Source: the human T2T-CHM13v2.0 reference genome, Homo sapiens
NCBI RefSeq assembly: GCF_009914755.1
Contig: NC_060936.1
DNA length: 64,000 nt
Strand: one strand, 5' to 3'
A program made the position numbers and the translations under genes. Numbering within the stretch: the stretch's first letter is position 1; the number at the start of each line of letters is the position of its first letter. Under the pieces are notes generated by a model that worked only from the letters and a program-made list of their open reading frames with translations, was not told the DNA's origin and searched no databases. Positions 49,546 to 64,000 of this stretch are shown in pieces.

Positions 49546-50060
49546 GTAGATGTTTATTTATAGTTATTTAGTTATTTATTATTTTCTAATTTTCCTTTTT
49601 ATACCAGGGCCTTTTTGGTAGATGTTTATTTATAGTTATTTAGTTATTTATTATTTTCTAATTTCCCTTTTTATCCCAGGGCTTTTTTTTTTTTTATTTT
49701 TAAAGAGACAGACGTCTCGCTCTTTTGACCAGGCTGACCTCCAACTCCTGGCTCAAGTGATCGTCTGGCCTCAACCTCCCTAATATCTGGGACTAGAAAT
49801 GCACACCACTTTGCTAGCTTACCCAGGACCTATTTGAAATTTATTTATAGTTATTTAGTTATTCATTTTCTAATTTCCCTTTTTATACCAGGGCCTTTAT
49901 TTTTTTTTATTTTTTTTTTTTTTTCAGAGACAGAGGTCTTGTTCTTTTGACCAGGCTGGTCTCCACCTCCTGGGCTCAAGTGATCCTCTGGCCTCAGCCT
50001 CCCTAATATCTGGGACTATAAATGCACACCACTTGCCAGCTTACCAGGGCCTATTTGAAA
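49546..50060 (-). repeat. Compound tandem duplication containing two FLAM (Alu monomer) copies
   Basis: 72-bp period at 49546 and 49618; ~215-bp units at 49625-49839 and 49840-50060, each with an antisense FLAM bounded by TACCAGGGCCT-like repeats. Confidence 0.9.
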
Positions 50061-50291
50061 TTGATACCATTTGTAAAATTTCTTCTGGGTCTCTGAAATA
50101 TAGTTTGTATAGCATCTTTTATAAATATGTAGTTATAATATTTTTGGATGGTATCTTGCTATGGTTAATAAACATCAGCATATTTTAGTAAAAAAAAAAT
50201 CAGGTTAGTTAGAACCCTGAATGATGCAGAGGGTAATATTTAAGAGTAGGTTTCAAGTAATAAAACTTGAGGAAGTTCTATAGTTCTATTC

Positions 50292-50721
<430 letters not shown>

Positions 50722-51044
50722 CTTCAGGAAATGTGAGGAATTTGGGTTTGTTAAGTCTAAGATGAGGTGACAGTGAGTGTTCCATAATGTTCTAGAACTT
50801 CAGTCTTTGACATGCAGTAGTGAAAAAATATAGTGGTATATAATAATACTATATTATTCTCAGGGATTGTGTCAGATCAATTGCTAACAATGGGAAGACC
50901 AGAGATCACAGTGGGGCTACCACTCCGAGACACTGGTAAACACCAGGAATACAGGGAGGTTGACTACTTTTGACACCATATAGATAAAAACAAGCTCAAA
51001 TTCTTTTTTCTTTACTCAAGATACAAAATTAAAATGACAACACT

Positions 51045-55965
<4,921 letters not shown>

Positions 55966-57174
55966 CTGAATTTAACACATTCTGAATGCCTAACATACGT
56001 TCCAAACTTTTTTGCTTTTCTATGTTACTTCAGGCAGCTAAATCACTATAGTGCTAGAAATGGAAGACAGATGTCTAGGAGAATTGCTACGATCTTATTG
56101 AAAAAGTTTCCTAACTCATAACTAAAGGACTAAAAAAGAGCTCAAAATAAGTCTGGGAGTTTACCTTGAGAGATTTCTTATGTAACAGGGGATCGATCTG
56201 GAACAAATGGAGCCCTGAGAATTGAAATGAAGATGTGTAAGAAAATCAGAAGACTAAATAGAGAACTCTGGAACTTTCCATCTTCTGAGCTTTCCCTACT
56301 TAAGGAAGTAGCTATTCCTCTACTCCTTCTGCTGCTGCCTCTCCTTTGCCTGACAAGCCATTTCCTTTTCTTGCTTCAGCTATCTTTCCCTTACCTGAGA
56401 TCATTACTTTCAAAAGGAAGCTGGTTTTCATTTTTTCAAAATTGATTACACTTATATTGCAATACGGCCTTGGGAGCCAAATTCAAATTATGCCCTGGAG
56501 GAGAATAGTCACAGTAAGTTTGCAAATCTGTTTTAATATATATTAGAAACTGTCTCAGGAATATGTATAAAAATAAAATTTTAGGATACTCAACTAAGCA
56601 GGGAAGAACATTAGATCAATTTGAATTTGGCAATTTCAATTGGAATCTGGAAAACCCAGATTCCAATAGTATTTGGAGTGGACTAATACAGATTTCATTC
56701 AACACTGACCCACAAATAAAAATGAGATTTAAGAAAAGAATGGAAAATATAAAATAAGATGGTAAGAATAATATTCATATACATTTGCCTTTTAGAAGAC
56801 AGTAATTATTAGAATGTATTTTAAAAGTTCCATTTATATTCTATTTATAAAAGACACAGCTAAAACACAAGGACACAGAAACGCTGGAAAGAGAACACTT
56901 TATCAGTGAGGCACTTTAGAATTGGAGGCAATTTTTACCACATTTGGTGTCCTGCTTTGACCTTTGTACCAGGTGGCCTAAAAAGCTGCCAGCTTTCAGT
57001 GGTGCCCAGAGCAAGAGAAGACTCAGCACTGATCAGCCTGTCGTACAAATAGGCTCCACAACCAGGTCTTTATGACCCAGCAGGTTCCATGATGTTGGAA
57101 ATCTCTGACTAATCAGGATGTCACATAGACTGTAGCAAGCTCTACAGGGGAATCAATATACCTTGAAGTTTTGA

Positions 57175-57392
<218 letters not shown>

Positions 57393-57559
57393 GAGAAACA
57401 GTTTCTGGCTTGCTACTGGGCTTGGGTGTTAATTGAATGCTTGAACACACTATATCAGGGAAGTGTATGACTCAAACTGACCATCATCAATTATGTACTG
57501 CCAGATCTTGTATGTATTTATCATGAACTTAGACATGTTTAACATCATTTCATCATTAA

Positions 57560-58140
57560 TAAGCGTTTTTCAAACTGTTTTTACTAAGATCCTCTATAAG
57601 AAATATTATCCTCTTTACCATCCCCCCACGTAAATATTCATATGCACACATGTATTTATTTATTTATTTATTTAATTTTTTGAGATGAAACCTTGCTCTA
57701 TCGCCCAGGCTGGAGTTCAATGGCACAGTCTCGGCTCGTTGCAACTCCTCCTCCCGGGTTCAAGCAATTCTCCCACCTCAGCCCTCCAAGTTGCGGGATC
57801 ACAGGTGCCCACCACCATGCTCGGCTATTTTTTTTTTTTTTTTGTAGTTTTAGTGAAGATGGGGTTTCACCATATTGACTAGGCTGGTCTCGAAATCCTG
57901 ACCTCAAGTGATCCGCCTGCCTCAGCCTTCCAAAATGCTGGTGTTACAGGCGGGAACCACTATGCCTGGCCACTTGCATACATTTAAAAAGATGTTTTGC
58001 AAAACAAAACATACTTTTACTGTGTGCCATGCAGTGTGAACATTTTTATTCTACTTTTATTCTATTAAACTTTCAAATTCTGGTTAAAACTTACTAAATT
58101 TATTTCAAAACCCACTAAAGGGTGACAAACAGTTAGAAGT
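57560..58140. mobile_element. hAT-Charlie (Charlie4a-like) element split by an Alu
   Basis: Starts GCGTTTTTCAAACTG; ends TAAATTTATTTCAAAACCCACTAAAGGGTGACAAACAGTT. Confidence 0.55.
57653..57971 (-). mobile_element. AluS (Sx/Sz)
   Basis: Full dimer with (TTTA)n tail and CCTGACCTCAAGTGATCC. Confidence 0.88.
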
Positions 58141-58599
58141 GGCATCTCAAAGACCTGGTCTTGATGTCAAGCAAATTGTTGAAACCTCAGTGGGTGTACT
58201 TGTGCCTCACTGCCAGAGTCTCATTCAGTCTGCACCTATGACTCCAAGGGAGTCCCTTGTGACCAATTGATGATGAAGAAGAAATTGAGCTGGGAGCAAT
58301 AATTCTGCATGCTCTGTCAAGAATCAGGCACGTTAATGAATTTCTAACATGGGTAAGAATTTTCTAGTTCTTTTTACCATAATATCAGCCCCATTCAGAA
58401 GGAGCTATACCTTGATGAATGCTGTCATCATTTGTTGTCATCTTAAAGTAACTCCACCTTGTTAGAACTACAAACAGGATAATTAACTTTTTCTAAGTAA
58501 ATTGTCTAGTTTTAGAGGTGTCAGTTTATGCTCTTTTACAATCAGCATTACATTTGTAATCCTTGATACCAAAACTTTTATCAATGGAGGGGTCTTTAG

Positions 58600-58750
58600 A
58601 AATCACTTTTTAAAAATTCTCATTTTATTAATGAGAAAATTAAGGTTTTTGGAGAAAAACTTACTTACTAAGGTCACATAGTATTGAGTAATAGAACCAA
58701 GTCTACAGTACAGGTCTTCTTATACCTTAACTAGTATTCTTATATGCTCT
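58600..58750 (-). mobile_element. MIR
   Basis: CATTTTATTAATGAGAAAATTAAGG...AAGGTCACATAG. Confidence 0.6.
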
Positions 58751-59419
58751 TTGTTTGTTTTAATATTTCAAATAAGGAAACTTCTTGTTTGCAATCTATG
58801 CTTAACAGTGGGTAAAATCAAGCAGTTAGTTTCATAAAAATTTCTCTAAAGGGTGAATAAATTTATCAGAAGCTGATTCTAATGAGCTTTATAGCCTGTT
58901 CAATTATTACTCATGTCTAGAAAAAGGAAAATATCCGTGGTATAGGTATGTTCTTCTATACAACCCAGATCATTTAATGACTAAAATACTAAGCACAAAT
59001 AGTTTTCTGAACAGAACTTGAAATATACCTTTTCTAAGTACAGCAGCATGGGAAAATGCATAAAATAAGTTGACTTTTATTATTATTGCCTTTGTTTTGC
59101 AAAGTATCCTTTGGAAGCCAAATGTAGCATCTCTACCCAAAGTATTTTATGCATAATAAGATTTAAAATACTTTAAAAGGAAGAGTTCTCTAATAATATC
59201 ACTATTTAGCATAGTCCATCCATCTTATAAATTGCTAGTCTCAGTAAAATTAATAAGAAAGTAAAACTGAAAATTGTGCCCCCTTTGTCAGAGTGGAACT
59301 TATATGTATGCATTGTGGGGTCAGATACTCAGATACTTCTCCATCTTACTGCACATGGTCTTTGTCACCTATGAGGTTTACAGACAGGCTCGTTCTCTCA
59401 GTCAGCTTTGGTCTGGGCT

Positions 59420-64000
<4,581 letters not shown>

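Noticed and set aside
49546-50060. Repeat-spacer-like pattern suggestive of CRISPR
   Set aside because: Eukaryotic context, spacers are duplicated Alu monomers, and no cas genes; explained by tandem duplication.

Overview
AT-rich, CpG-poor primate (human-like) genomic DNA, intergenic or deep intronic, dominated by interspersed repeats. These include L1s of many ages, mostly on the minus strand; Alu/FLAM SINEs with target-site duplications (TSDs); MIR and L2 fragments; MaLR/ERVL LTRs (THE1A, MSTA, MSTB, MSTD-like, MLT1A/B/F, MLT2); an ERVL pol remnant; and DNA transposons (Tigger1, Charlie-type). No known protein-coding gene, RNA gene or CRISPR array is recognisable. The recognisable ORFs in the track are broken L1 ORF1/ORF2, Tigger1 transposase or Alu-derived frames. 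The main structure is a 16.8-kb nested transposon stack (12549-29337) inserted inside one MLT1F LTR. I found no evidence of a new multi-gene system. The best leads are two speculative plus-strand spliced transcript models (one with a possible 64-aa hydrophobic micropeptide), candidate PBX/HOX/MEIS and CRE regulatory elements, and several unusual mutational scars: a 26-bp perfect palindrome, an overlapping double hairpin, a ~105-bp duplication flanking an L1, and a 14-nt Alu with reciprocal CpG decay in its TSD. Repeat subfamily calls come from recalled consensus sequences, not alignment. Boundaries without TSDs are approximate.
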